Shown: piece by piece, positions 17,752 to 29,151 of the stretch
How the letters are laid out: every line of letters begins with the position of its first letter
Numbering within the stretch: the stretch's first letter is position 1
Source: an uncultured Candidatus Saccharibacteria bacterium
GTDB lineage: Bacteria > Patescibacteriota > Minisyncoccia > Phycocordibacterales > 2-02-FULL-43-11
Assembly: GCA_964348785.1 (NCBI GenBank)
Contig: CAYGDO010000004.1
Coordinates: forward strand, 21,082 to 85,081
Direction of reading: 5' to 3'
Length of the DNA stretch: 64,000 nucleotides
Made by a program: the position numbers and the translations under genes
The notes under the pieces: generated by a model
Told to the model about the DNA's origin: nothing
The model's database searches: none
Seen by the model: only the letters and a program-made list of their open reading frames with translations

Positions 17752-19188
17752 TTATTTTTCTCCTAAAAACTCCTTACCTGCTCTTAAAAGCAGATAATCT
17801 TCTTTGTAAGGCGCCATTAATTGGAATCCTATCGGCAAATCAACTCCCGACTCTCTTTTGAAACCGAAAGGTAAAGATATTGCTGGAATACTTACCATAT
17901 TGGCCGTAACAGTAAAAACATCAGCTAAATACATTTCGACAGGATCTGCTGTCTTTTCTCCAAATTTAAAAGCGGGGGTCGGCGCGGTTGGAGTTGCCAC
18001 AAGATCAACTTCGGTAAAAATTTTTGCAAAAGTATCTTTGATCATTTCCCTGACGGCCATAGCCTTTCCATAATAAGCATCATAATAACCAGAAGACAAA
18101 ACATAAGCTCCTAAAATTATTCTTCTTCTTGGTTCCTTGCCAAAACCACTTCCTCTGGACTTCTTATAATCTTCAAGCAAATTATTTCCATCTTTATGAA
18201 AACCGAATCTCATTCCATCAAATCTTGATAGATTAGCTGAAACTTCTGCGGGCATTACTATATAATAAGTAGCCAAGGAATATTCGAGAGCTGATAAATC
18301 TGTTTTTGGTTTTATAATTTCATAACCAATCTCTTTCAAATGTTTTAGAGCTTTGACATAATTTTCCATTACCACCGAATCAACTCCACCCTTACCCACC
18401 CTTTCAATAAAATCAGACATGTCCGCCACTCTCAATTTTCTATTATCTTTTTTATTATCTAGCTCGATAGAGGTACTATCTAAAGTATCCTTGCCTTTAA
18501 TAGCATCAAAAATTATCTCTGCATCGGCAACAGTTTTTGTTGCAGGACCAATAACGTCAAGAGAAGAGCCCATGGCCATAAGACCGTGCCTAGAAACACT
18601 ACCGTAAGTTGGTTTAAAACCGACAATTCCACAAAAAGCAGCCGGCTGTCTTACCGAGCCTCCAGTGTCAGACCCTAATGCACCGAGCACCATCCCTGAA
18701 GCAACGGCAGCAATAGAACCACCAGATGAACCTCCCGGTACTCTAGCTGTATCAACAGGATTTTTAGTTGGACCATAAGCAGAATTCTCAGTTGATGCAC
18801 CCATAGCGAACTCATCCATATTGCACCTACCAACAATAACAACCCCCTCTTTTTTTAATTTAGAAATAACGGTCGCATCATAGGGAGCAACATAATTTTC
18901 TAAAATTTTTGAAGCGGAACCAGCTTTTTTACCCTTAAATAAAATGTTATCTTTAATAGCAATGGGTATACCTAGCATTTGAAATCTTTTTCCTTCCTTC
19001 AGCATTTTATCTGCCTCTTCTGCTTGCGTAAGCACATCATCATAAACTTCAAGAAAGGCATGAATTTCAGGATTTTTCTCTTTTATCATTCTCAAAGATT
19101 CTTCTGCCAAAAAAGTAGCCGAAACTTTACCAGTATCAAGTAAATTTCTAGCCTCTTTAATTGTCATCTTTTTAAAATCAATCTCCAT
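17752..19188 (-). CDS. gatA: Glu-tRNA(Gln)/Asp-tRNA(Asn) amidotransferase subunit A
   Basis: 478 aa. Amidase signature GGSSGGSIAAVASG. Confidence 0.9.
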   Translation of the reverse strand: MEIDFKKMTIKEARNLLDTGKVSATFLAEESLRMIKEKNPEIHAFLEVYDDVLTQAEEADKMLKEGKRFQMLGIPIAIKDNILFKGKKAGSASKILENYVAPYDATVISKLKKEGVVIVGRCNMDEFAMGASTENSAYGPTKNPVDTARVPGGSSGGSIAAVASGMVLGALGSDTGGSVRQPAAFCGIVGFKPTYGSVSRHGLMAMGSSLDVIGPATKTVADAEIIFDAIKGKDTLDSTSIELDNKKDNRKLRVADMSDFIERVGKGGVDSVVMENYVKALKHLKEIGYEIIKPKTDLSALEYSLATYYIVMPAEVSANLSRFDGMRFGFHKDGNNLLEDYKKSRGSGFGKEPRRRIILGAYVLSSGYYDAYYGKAMAVREMIKDTFAKIFTEVDLVATPTAPTPAFKFGEKTADPVEMYLADVFTVTANMVSIPAISLPFGFKRESGVDLPIGFQLMAPYKEDYLLLRAGKEFLGEK

Positions 19189-19191
19189 ATT

Positions 19192-19491
19192 TTAAAGAAT
19201 CTTTTTAGTCTTAAAAAAACGTTTTTCTTTTTTTGGCGCCAAATTAATCAAATCCTCCGTGAACAAATCCGGTTCATTTAACACCTTATCCTCTCTTAAG
19301 GTATTTTTATTAGAACTGTAAACCTGCCTAACTTCATTTATTTTAGCTTCTTTTATTTGCCCGACATAACCCAAAATACCTTCAATATCCTTTTGAAGAC
19401 TGACAACTTCCTCTTCGCTAATATCTATACGAGAAAGTTCGCAAAGTTTTGTTATGTCTTCTTTAGTAATCATTAATCCAAATGATACCAA
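19192..19491 (-). CDS. gatC: Glu-tRNA(Gln)/Asp-tRNA(Asn) amidotransferase subunit C
   Basis: 99 aa, directly upstream of gatA (3-nt gap). Motif KLCELSRIDISEEEV. Confidence 0.75.
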   Translation of the reverse strand: MVSFGLMITKEDITKLCELSRIDISEEEVVSLQKDIEGILGYVGQIKEAKINEVRQVYSSNKNTLREDKVLNEPDLFTEDLINLAPKKEKRFFKTKKIL

Positions 19492-19552
19492 AAAAACCTT
19501 TTTTTAAAAGGGCTTCGATAAAAAACAAAGGCAAATCAATAATTTATTACTG

Positions 19553-21574
<2,022 letters not shown>

Positions 21575-22084
21575 CTAATAGTCTACCTGAATTCCCCTTT
21601 CTACCATAATTGTTTTTTTTGAACTACATCCTCCATTTACAGCCCTACTCCTTACAACCGTAGCTAAGTTGCCCCCACTGATACGTTTAATGACCTCTAC
21701 GCCTGCACACACATCATCAGAACCAATAGCATTATCAGTATAAAGCGGTATTTGAAAATAATTAGATACTTCACTGGCACTTACCAAAGTCGGTGTGACT
21801 GTAACATTCAAACTGCCACAAGTAATATTATAATTACCAGCACTAAAATTATTTGGGTTCTTAAATACTCCAGAGCCTTGAAAATCATAGAAAAGTGCAC
21901 AAGAAGATGCCGCATCAGAACCATAAAAAGCATTCGAAGATTCTCGAAGTGAAGAGGCTAGATTAATTTCCTTCAAACCAATACCAGCCAAAAAAGTGCC
22001 TATCATAGCAAGAAGCGCCCCAGTTAAAGTGGCAAATGCTAAACTAAATCCTTTTTTCCTGTCATTTATAAAAATAAAAAACAT
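21575..22084 (-). CDS. hypothetical secreted protein at the edge of the pilus locus (possible pilus-associated)
   Basis: N-terminal hydrophobic segment FSLAFATLTGALLAMIGTFLAGIG resembles a degenerate pilin anchor. Several Cys. Confidence 0.3.
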   Translation of the reverse strand: MFFIFINDRKKGFSLAFATLTGALLAMIGTFLAGIGLKEINLASSLRESSNAFYGSDAASSCALFYDFQGSGVFKNPNNFSAGNYNITCGSLNVTVTPTLVSASEVSNYFQIPLYTDNAIGSDDVCAGVEVIKRISGGNLATVVRSRAVNGGCSSKKTIMVERGIQVDY

Positions 22085-22090
22085 AAAAAA

Positions 22091-22726
22091 TTAAATTGAA
22101 TAAGGTTGATGCTTCCAATTAAAAATTCTAACCTTTGATGTGAAAATTCTAGGTGGCATACCGGGGCGTCTTTCTGACATGGTCACAGATACTTCCACTT
22201 CCTTATTATCAACCTTCTCTAAAATATTTATTTTTCTCTTTATCCCAGAAAGACTATCCCATGAGGCGTTAGAACTGTAAGTATAAAGGCCTTTCTCAGT
22301 AACAAGATCTGTACCAGTTTTCAATTCACAATCATTAACGGCATCGCACTGAAAGACACCTGACTCATCATCCTCTCTTGGAAAAGAATTCAAATAGACC
22401 AAATTAGACACTCCGCAAAATGCATTCACTCCGACACATGAACCCAAATTAGTTAGCCAATCTGCGTTATTGTAAACATTTTGGTCTATAATCATTCTTA
22501 TAAACTCCAACCCTTCTTCTGAAAGTAAAATCAATCTGGAATAATCTCTAGAATCAGACGTGGAAGACAAACCTTTTCTTGCGGCAGAAAGTGGTCCAAT
22601 CACAGCAAAAGAAATTATACCTATAGCCACAATAGACTCAACTATAGTAAAGCCCCACTTATTATTTTTGAAAAAATTATTCATCATCTTCAATTTTTCT
22701 TTGGACAGCCATAGTCTCCGTATCAA
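22091..22726 (-). CDS. minor pilin with prepilin-type N-terminus
   Basis: KWGFTIVESIVAIGIISFAV: G/FTxxE cleavage motif plus a hydrophobic helix. Confidence 0.5.
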   Translation of the reverse strand: MIRRLWLSKEKLKMMNNFFKNNKWGFTIVESIVAIGIISFAVIGPLSAARKGLSSTSDSRDYSRLILLSEEGLEFIRMIIDQNVYNNADWLTNLGSCVGVNAFCGVSNLVYLNSFPREDDESGVFQCDAVNDCELKTGTDLVTEKGLYTYSSNASWDSLSGIKRKINILEKVDNKEVEVSVTMSERRPGMPPRIFTSKVRIFNWKHQPYSI

Positions 22727-23261
22727 AAGTGGCCACCAAGCGTCCTTTATAAAAAATCTCTGCTACCAAAACAATGATAACATTTGGCTGTTTATTATCA
22801 GCTCCACCGCCGACACCATCGACATAAAAACTCATTTTTTTTACCTTAACATCAGCAGGTGTGATAGCTAAATAATTACCTGATATTAATTTTTCTACAG
22901 TTTCACCATTTAACCTATAACCCGTTGCCTGTCCTCTATCATCAATTAAACGAATAGAACTTTGCGGTGTACCCGAACCTCCTGAAAACGGACAATTCAA
23001 ACTTCCACCCACATCACCACAATCATAATCGCTACCGGTCCTAAGATCCTTAATCATTGAATCAAGTGCGTAAACCAAACTGCCATTAATAGTCGAGAGA
23101 GCAAAAGTTTTTCTATTAGCTGTCGTGACCGCCAAAACTGAACCGACCGACACTACCATCACCATAGAAAACAAAAACAAAGCCACGATCATTTCCGGCA
23201 CAGAAAAACCGCCGTTCTTTAATTTCCAATTTGAATTATTTTTATTTGAAAAAAATTTCAT
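22677..23261 (-). CDS. minor pilin / pseudopilin-like
   Basis: GGFSVPEMIVALFLFSMVMVV prepilin-like N-terminus. Overlaps the downstream gene by about 50 nt. Confidence 0.45.
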   Translation of the reverse strand: MKFFSNKNNSNWKLKNGGFSVPEMIVALFLFSMVMVVSVGSVLAVTTANRKTFALSTINGSLVYALDSMIKDLRTGSDYDCGDVGGSLNCPFSGGSGTPQSSIRLIDDRGQATGYRLNGETVEKLISGNYLAITPADVKVKKMSFYVDGVGGGADNKQPNVIIVLVAEIFYKGRLVATFDTETMAVQRKIEDDE

Positions 23262-23266
23262 ATTAT

Positions 23267-23941
23267 TTAATAGACCGTGATTTGCCCGGTTACAGTCACA
23301 TTTACAGTCTTTATTTTACCTTTTGACGATATAAACCTTATGTACGCACTCTTATATGGAAGAGTGGGAATACCACAAGCATTTGCGCCATTAAGTGAAG
23401 TTCTAATAAAAGCGTCCTGCCTCGGTCTTAAAAATGAAATATCCAAATAATCTATATGATTTCCACCAACAGTGTCAGAACAATATTCAATGTTGCTATT
23501 ATCAATAGCACAAAATTTTTGAATAGAATTCCAATTAACAATTTTATAATTCTTTACTAACTGATCTGAGCCAGCACAAGAAGCTAAGCTCACACCGGAA
23601 CATTTTCTGTCATACCCCACACAACCACCCGTTAAAGGGTCGTCAGCAAAAAGAGCGAACTCTTGAGTGCTATCTGTGGCAAATCTAACACCATAACCTG
23701 AATCATATGAAAGGTTGCCTCCCAGCACCCTACCTTTCACTTGAACCCCATATGATTGAGCTTGTCTTATATTCAGTGCGGTGTCATAAGCTAAGTTTGT
23801 TAAAGAAACATCACCCTGCAATCTAGAAAAACTAATAAGCATTGCTGTCGCAATAAAAGTAAAAATTGCAATAGAAATTATTAACTCCACAAAAGCAAAA
23901 CCCTTCTTAAAAAAAACTTTGGAGAAAAAATGATTCATCAT
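23267..23941 (-). CDS. minor pilin-like
   Basis: KGFAFVELIISIAIFTFIATAML prepilin N-terminus. Confidence 0.5.
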   Translation of the reverse strand: MMNHFFSKVFFKKGFAFVELIISIAIFTFIATAMLISFSRLQGDVSLTNLAYDTALNIRQAQSYGVQVKGRVLGGNLSYDSGYGVRFATDSTQEFALFADDPLTGGCVGYDRKCSGVSLASCAGSDQLVKNYKIVNWNSIQKFCAIDNSNIEYCSDTVGGNHIDYLDISFLRPRQDAFIRTSLNGANACGIPTLPYKSAYIRFISSKGKIKTVNVTVTGQITVY

Positions 23942-23948
23942 CTATATT

Positions 23949-24776
23949 CTACAGTAAAAATGGAAATAAATAATAACTAAACTCTGGAAATAAAAGGTTA
24001 ATAAAAAAACCGGCGATCAAAAACGGAGCAAATGGTAATTCAGTTTTTCTCGTTAAACGATAATTTTTTAGACCAAAAAACAACAATAATCTAGGCGCGA
24101 AACGCCCAATGAAGAAAAAAACGATAACAAACGCCCCGCCAAGCCAATAAGAGAAAATAATTGAAGGAAAAACTAAATTAAAACCCACTATCCACCCAAG
24201 AGGAATTACTAACTTAACATCACCAAAACCAAGCCACTTCCCTTTAGAGAAAAACCACAAACAAAAAAACGGTATGGCAGACAAAAACCCCGCAGAAAGC
24301 GAAAAAATTAAATTGTGGATATCTCGGTCACCAAAAAAATCTAAAGACACTTTTAAAATTGCCAAAAAAAATAAAATTGTTTCTGGACCGTCAGGAATAA
24401 TTTTATGTTTAATATCGTAAAAAATGATTGTTAAAAACATAGAGACAATCCCCGAGAGCAATACAACATTTAAAAAACTAAGCCAATCATTTTTGAAAAA
24501 GAAAACAAAAGTTAAAACAAATAAAAAACCGTTTAAAAACTCCACCAATGGATATTGAAAAGATATTTTTGATTTGCAAAAAAAACACCTGCCACGCAAT
24601 AAAAAATAACTTAAAATAGGAAACATATCTCTCTTGCGTATTTCCTTGCCACAAGAAAAACAAACAGACCTACCTTTTTTCCACTTACCCGTACCGCCTC
24701 GTAGTAAAAATACATTCAAAAAACTACCTATTATGACACCGAGCAAAAACAGAGAAGTGTAAAGAAAAAATTGCAT
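23949..24776 (-). CDS. pilD: prepilin peptidase (A24 family)
   Basis: N-terminal CxxC...CxxC zinc motif (CFSCGKEI...CFFCKSKI) and polytopic membrane topology. Confidence 0.85.
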   Translation of the reverse strand: MQFFLYTSLFLLGVIIGSFLNVFLLRGGTGKWKKGRSVCFSCGKEIRKRDMFPILSYFLLRGRCFFCKSKISFQYPLVEFLNGFLFVLTFVFFFKNDWLSFLNVVLLSGIVSMFLTIIFYDIKHKIIPDGPETILFFLAILKVSLDFFGDRDIHNLIFSLSAGFLSAIPFFCLWFFSKGKWLGFGDVKLVIPLGWIVGFNLVFPSIIFSYWLGGAFVIVFFFIGRFAPRLLLFFGLKNYRLTRKTELPFAPFLIAGFFINLLFPEFSYYLFPFLL

Positions 24777-24854
24777 CCTTTATATTATCTCAAAATATAA
24801 GAACATTTGAAAGACAAAAAACAGCCCCATAAGGGGCTGTTTTTAAACATAAAA

Positions 24855-25250
24855 CTATATAGTAGCGCAACCAGAATCTGTACAAGTGATTGTCTTGCCA
24901 TCACCAAAAGCTGAAATTGATGTCGGGCTAGAAGCCGTAGTGCAAGTGCCACCAACATCGTCGTCACAAAAAACCCAACCAGTTGGCAAAGAAACATAGG
25001 ATGAAGAACTACCAGCACAAATAGCAGTAGCCCCTCCATCAATAGTCTCTGTTGGTTCATCTACGGTAACGCTCTCACCCCAACAAGACATGAGCCCGGC
25101 CAAAACAGAACCCATTGTTTGTTGAGCTGCAGCCACTCTTGCCTTTCCTCTTGCACTTCCTAAAGAAGCAAATACAACAGAAGACAAAATACCAATGATG
25201 GCGATAACCACCAACAATTCAACTAATGTAAAACCTTTATTTGATTTCAT
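24855..25250 (-). CDS. type IV pilin
   Basis: MKSNKGFTLVELLVVIAIIGILSSVVFASL class-III signal peptide. C-terminal Cys pair. Confidence 0.8.
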   Translation of the reverse strand: MKSNKGFTLVELLVVIAIIGILSSVVFASLGSARGKARVAAAQQTMGSVLAGLMSCWGESVTVDEPTETIDGGATAICAGSSSSYVSLPTGWVFCDDDVGGTCTTASSPTSISAFGDGKTITCTDSGCATI

Positions 25251-25311
25251 ATTTCAAAAAATATTTTTTGACCTTTTAATAATGTCCACATTATATATCT
25301 TCTAAAGCAAA

Positions 25312-25767
25312 TTATATACTGGAAGTTGTGCAACCATTTATCGTACACCAAATTCTCTTACTATCACCCTGTGCTCCTATCCAATAGGTAGTACCTGTTG
25401 ACGAAGTTCCACGAATTGAAGGTACTGGACAAGTACCTCCTCCTACATCGTCACAATAAACCCAACCAGCAGGTAAAGATAAATATCTAACAGATACTAA
25501 CGCATTATTAGAACAAACAAATCCTCCTCCACCATTTATTGAATCTGGAGTAGACGGGACATTAATATTTGGCAAAGGTATAATATCTCCATAAAAACAC
25601 TCACTCAATGCTGAATTTATAGTTTGCATAGTCCTTTGTGCAGAAGCAATTCTAGCTTTTGTCTTTCCAGAAGTTAAATAGACCAGAGTAACTGCCGACA
25701 AAATACCAATGATGGCGATAACTACCAACAATTCAACTAACGTAAAACCCTTTTTAAATTTCATAGT
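25312..25767 (-). CDS. type IV pilin paralog
   Basis: Start taken at MKFKKGFTLVELLVV. The longer ORF-track N-terminus MCFLFFMFYNET is read-through of the promoter region. Confidence 0.72.
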   Translation of the reverse strand, partial: TMKFKKGFTLVELLVVIAIIGILSAVTLVYLTSGKTKARIASAQRTMQTINSALSECFYGDIIPLPNINVPSTPDSINGGGGFVCSNNALVSVRYLSLPAGWVYCDDVGGGTCPVPSIRGTSSTGTTYWIGAQGDSKRIWCTINGCTTSSI

Positions 25768-25783
25768 CTCATTATAAAACATA

Positions 25784-25820
25784 AAGAACAAAAAACACAC
25801 CCGCCGAAAGGCGGGTGTGT
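25784..25820 (-). terminator. rho-independent terminator after pilin gene 25843-26259
   Basis: Minus strand: acacacccgcc tttc ggcgggtgtgt followed by ttttttgttcttt. Confidence 0.55.
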
Positions 25821-25842
25821 TTAAAATCTACAAAGTTACAAA

Positions 25843-26259
25843 CTAAGACTTAACACAACCCGATGCTGTACAAGTGATCGTAGCTGCATCTGTAGCACTG
25901 TAAGCAGGAATCGTGTAAGAAACACCTGTTGATTGAACTGCGGCGGTTGTACAACCAGCGGCGGCGGATGTATCACAATACACCCAACCAGTTGGAAGAT
26001 TAACAAAGTTGTTACCTCCTGTGCACAAAGCTCCACCACCAGCATTAATTGATTCTGCTGCAGGCAAGTTTATAGCGAGACCGTCATTCAAACACATTTG
26101 AAGACCGGCATTGATTGAACCCATTGTCTGTTGAGCTGCTGCAATTCTCGCCTTTCCTCTTGCGCTTGAAAGTGAAGCGAAGACAACTGAAGACAAAATA
26201 CCAATGATGGCGATAACCACCAACAATTCGACTAACGTAAAACCTTTTTTCTGACTCAT
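25843..26259 (-). CDS. type IV pilin paralog
   Basis: MSQKKGFTLVELLVVIAIIGILSSVVFASLSSARGKARIAAAQQTM. C-terminus TCTASGCVKS. Confidence 0.8.
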   Translation of the reverse strand: MSQKKGFTLVELLVVIAIIGILSSVVFASLSSARGKARIAAAQQTMGSINAGLQMCLNDGLAINLPAAESINAGGGALCTGGNNFVNLPTGWVYCDTSAAAGCTTAAVQSTGVSYTIPAYSATDAATITCTASGCVKS

Positions 26260-26376
26260 AATAAAATAATAACTTATAATAAAATTAAGACCTTTTTAAT
26301 TTTTAACCTTTTGTAGCAACAATTTTACCACAACCAAGTTTAGGAAGAAACCCCCTGTGGACAATTAAACTTTAAA

Positions 26377-26889
26377 TTAAGGACTCAAATCGTAACACTT
26401 AGCCCCTGTATCAGCTACGGCCGCATTACATTTTGCATTATCATTTGAACCATTAAAATCAGCCAAACTGGTAACATTCCCAGTATCAATACAAACATTA
26501 ACACTCGCGGTTGCATCTCTATCTGAACTAAGAGCCGAACTGGTATTTTCCAAAGAAGCCCCTAAATGATAATTTGAACATTCCCCACCAACCGCAGTAG
26601 AGAGTCCAGCGTAATGATAATCAAGAGCATTAGCAGGATCTTTTGGAATAGGATTTAAATAGCCATTAAGAGAGCCGTTATTGATTCTTGCCGGGTAAAG
26701 ACCTCCGTTATTATCTTGATACAATTCAAGAGCCAGCTGTATCTGAGCAAGATCTGAAACCCTTCTTGTGTCCCTACCTTTAGATTTTGAACTAAATAAT
26801 GAAGGAATAAGAACTGCTGTTAAAATAGCTGTAATAGCCATAACTACTAAAAGTTCAACCAACGTAAAGCCTTTTTTAAATTTCATAGT
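26377..26889 (-). CDS. pilin / pseudopilin-like (ComGC/PulG-type)
   Basis: MKFKKGFTLVELLVVMAITAILTAVLIPSLFSSKSKGRDTRRVSDLAQIQLALELY. Confidence 0.7.
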   Translation of the reverse strand, partial: TMKFKKGFTLVELLVVMAITAILTAVLIPSLFSSKSKGRDTRRVSDLAQIQLALELYQDNNGGLYPARINNGSLNGYLNPIPKDPANALDYHYAGLSTAVGGECSNYHLGASLENTSSALSSDRDATASVNVCIDTGNVTSLADFNGSNDNAKCNAAVADTGAKCYDLSP

Positions 26890-26905
26890 CTCATTATAAA
26901 ACATA

Positions 26906-26942
26906 ACAAACAAAAAACACACCCACCTTTCGGTGGGTGTGT
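26906..26942 (-). terminator. rho-independent terminator after pilin gene 26965-27375
   Basis: acacacccacc tttc ggtgggtgtgt plus U-run. Confidence 0.55.
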
Positions 26943-26964
26943 TTAAAATCTACAAAGTTACAAA

Positions 26965-27375
26965 CTAGGACTTAACACATCCTGAAGGAGTGCAAGTGAT
27001 TGTTGTTGTATCTCCGTAAGCTTTTATGGAATAAGTAGAACCAGTTGTCTGTGTAGACAAAGTAACAGCGGGACATAGGACTGTTCCTGCGGCACCGTCA
27101 CAATAATTCCATCCAGTTGGCAAAGCAACATAGTTATTACCACCAACACAAATAGCTCCAGCGCCACCATTTTGAGCTTCTGTTGGAATGTTTACAGCGA
27201 CAGAATCATTCAAACACATCTGAAGGCCAGCGCTTACTGAACCCATTGTCTGTTGAGCTGCAGCCACTCTTGCCTTTCCTCTTGCGCTTGAAAGTGAAGC
27301 GAAGACAACTGAAGACAAAATACCAATGATGGCGATAACCACCAACAATTCAACTAACGTAAAACCTTTTTTCAT
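26965..27375 (-). CDS. type IV pilin paralog
   Basis: MKKGFTLVELLVVIAIIGILSSVVFASLSSARGKARVAAAQQTM. C-terminus TCTPSGCVKS. Confidence 0.8.
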   Translation of the reverse strand: MKKGFTLVELLVVIAIIGILSSVVFASLSSARGKARVAAAQQTMGSVSAGLQMCLNDSVAVNIPTEAQNGGAGAICVGGNNYVALPTGWNYCDGAAGTVLCPAVTLSTQTTGSTYSIKAYGDTTTITCTPSGCVKS

Positions 27376-27418
27376 AAATAAAAAATAAACTAACTAATAA
27401 ATTTATTATAATTATAAA

Positions 27419-27919
27419 TCAAAACGCATTCAAATCATAGCAAGAGTCACTTTTAATCCCCTTCGGCGAAGCGTCAGATGAACAATTATCAGCTGTTCCA
27501 TCAAAATCTTTAGACGTAGCTTTTCTACATATGACCTGTTTGTAAGCATCCTTATCCCCCTTCAAATACTCCGTGCCACTCAATTTCATTGGTATACCAA
27601 TATGATAATTTGTACAAAAACCATTTTCACCAAGAGGTACATATATGTATTCCTTTTGTATAGAACCAATAGGAGGAGTAGGTAAATTTGTTAAAAGTCC
27701 ATCCTCAACCAATTCAAAAAGATTACCAGGATATTCAGCATACTTATCATAATAAAGCTCCAAAGATTGTCTTATTTTTCTAATATCCGAAACTTTTTGA
27801 GAATCATTGGCCTTATCTTTCCAAAAACCCAAAACAAAACCAATACACAAAGCAAAAATTGCTATGATTGAAATTGCAATTACTATTTCCCAAACGTTAT
27901 AACCAAAATTTTTTTTCAT
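27419..27919 (-). CDS. atypical pilin-like protein
   Basis: Noncanonical N-terminus (GYNVWEIVIAISIIAIFALCIGF) but a pilin-type helix motif SDIRKIRQSLELYYDKY. Confidence 0.5.
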   Translation of the reverse strand: MKKNFGYNVWEIVIAISIIAIFALCIGFVLGFWKDKANDSQKVSDIRKIRQSLELYYDKYAEYPGNLFELVEDGLLTNLPTPPIGSIQKEYIYVPLGENGFCTNYHIGIPMKLSGTEYLKGDKDAYKQVICRKATSKDFDGTADNCSSDASPKGIKSDSCYDLNAF

Positions 27920-27934
27920 AAGATAAAATAAAAA

Positions 27935-29149
27935 TTAACTGGCACCGGCGGCCATTGAGACATTGTAAATTGGAATGAGAACAGATGCCAACAAAAAACC
28001 GACACCTAGACCCAAGGCAACAACCATTACAGGTTCAATAAGGCCAACAAGTGAATCGACGGCATCAATCACCTCTCTCTCATAAAATCTGGCCATAGTT
28101 TTCAAAATTTCACCCATATCTCCAGTTTCCTCTCCTACTCGAAACATGGCAATCATTATGCCAGGAATCTCTGGGTATTTGGCAAAAGCTGAAGAAAGCT
28201 GAGCTCCACCTCGAACAGAGTCCGAGGCTTCTTTTATAATTTTTTTATAAGTATAGTTATCAACCACATCAGCGGTAATTTCAAGAACTTTCACAATCGG
28301 CATTGAGGCAGTTAACATGGTACTTAAATTGCCAGTAATTCTAGCCAAATATAATTTTCTATAAAGATTACCTACATACGGAATGTTGATACTTAACTGA
28401 GAAAAATAATCCTGTCCTTTTTCAGTTTTTGACCAACGCCATAAAAATATACCCATGACCACAATAAAAAATAAAAAGAATAAGCCATAATTTACAAAAA
28501 AACTACTTAAAGCCATAACTACTTTTGTATATACAGGTATTTCTTGACCAGACTCCACCAGAATCGTAGTCAATTTAGGAATAACGGCAGTTAACATAAG
28601 TATCATAACGGCCAAAAAGGTCACAATGATAAAAATTGGATAAATTAAAGCGTTCTTAGCTTTTGATAAAAGTATATAGGTTCTCTCCAAGTTTTCTGCT
28701 AAAAACAAAAAAGTTTGATCGAGTTTTCCAGACTCTTCTCCTGCCTTTACCATATTTACGTAAAAATCAGAAAACAACTTTGGGTGTTTAGATAAAGCTT
28801 TGTGTATAGACAAACCCGCCTGTAAATCATCGGCTATTTCAGTCAAATGAGACCTTAAAGCTGGATTGTCAGATTCAGAACCCAACAACCTAAATATTCT
28901 TAGCGCTGATACTTGGGCATTAAAAAGAGTTGATAATTGTCTAGATAAAAGCACTATTTCACGCATCTTAACTTTTTCAAAAAAAGTAAGATTTTTATTA
29001 AATAAACCACCCTCATCAGAAGGAGTAATAGAAAGTATGACTAAATCTCTTCTTTGAACAGAACTGATAGCGGAATCAAGATTACCCGCTTCGATAGTGC
29101 CATAAACCTGCGCTCCCCCTTTGTCAAAAGCCTTATATTTAAAAAGCAT
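27935..29149 (-). CDS. pilC: type IV pilus platform protein PilC (GspF family)
   Basis: 404 aa. Two GspF-type repeats and 3 TM helices. Confidence 0.85.
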   Translation of the reverse strand: MLFKYKAFDKGGAQVYGTIEAGNLDSAISSVQRRDLVILSITPSDEGGLFNKNLTFFEKVKMREIVLLSRQLSTLFNAQVSALRIFRLLGSESDNPALRSHLTEIADDLQAGLSIHKALSKHPKLFSDFYVNMVKAGEESGKLDQTFLFLAENLERTYILLSKAKNALIYPIFIIVTFLAVMILMLTAVIPKLTTILVESGQEIPVYTKVVMALSSFFVNYGLFFLFFIVVMGIFLWRWSKTEKGQDYFSQLSINIPYVGNLYRKLYLARITGNLSTMLTASMPIVKVLEITADVVDNYTYKKIIKEASDSVRGGAQLSSAFAKYPEIPGIMIAMFRVGEETGDMGEILKTMARFYEREVIDAVDSLVGLIEPVMVVALGLGVGFLLASVLIPIYNVSMAAGAS

Positions 29150-29151
29150 AT

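Noticed and set aside
25768-25800. N-terminal extensions MCFLF(F/V)MFYNET on pilin ORFs 25312-25800 and 26377-26922
   Set aside because: The extension reads through a TATAAT-containing promoter region shared by both genes. The conserved pilin signal peptide begins at the internal MKFKK.
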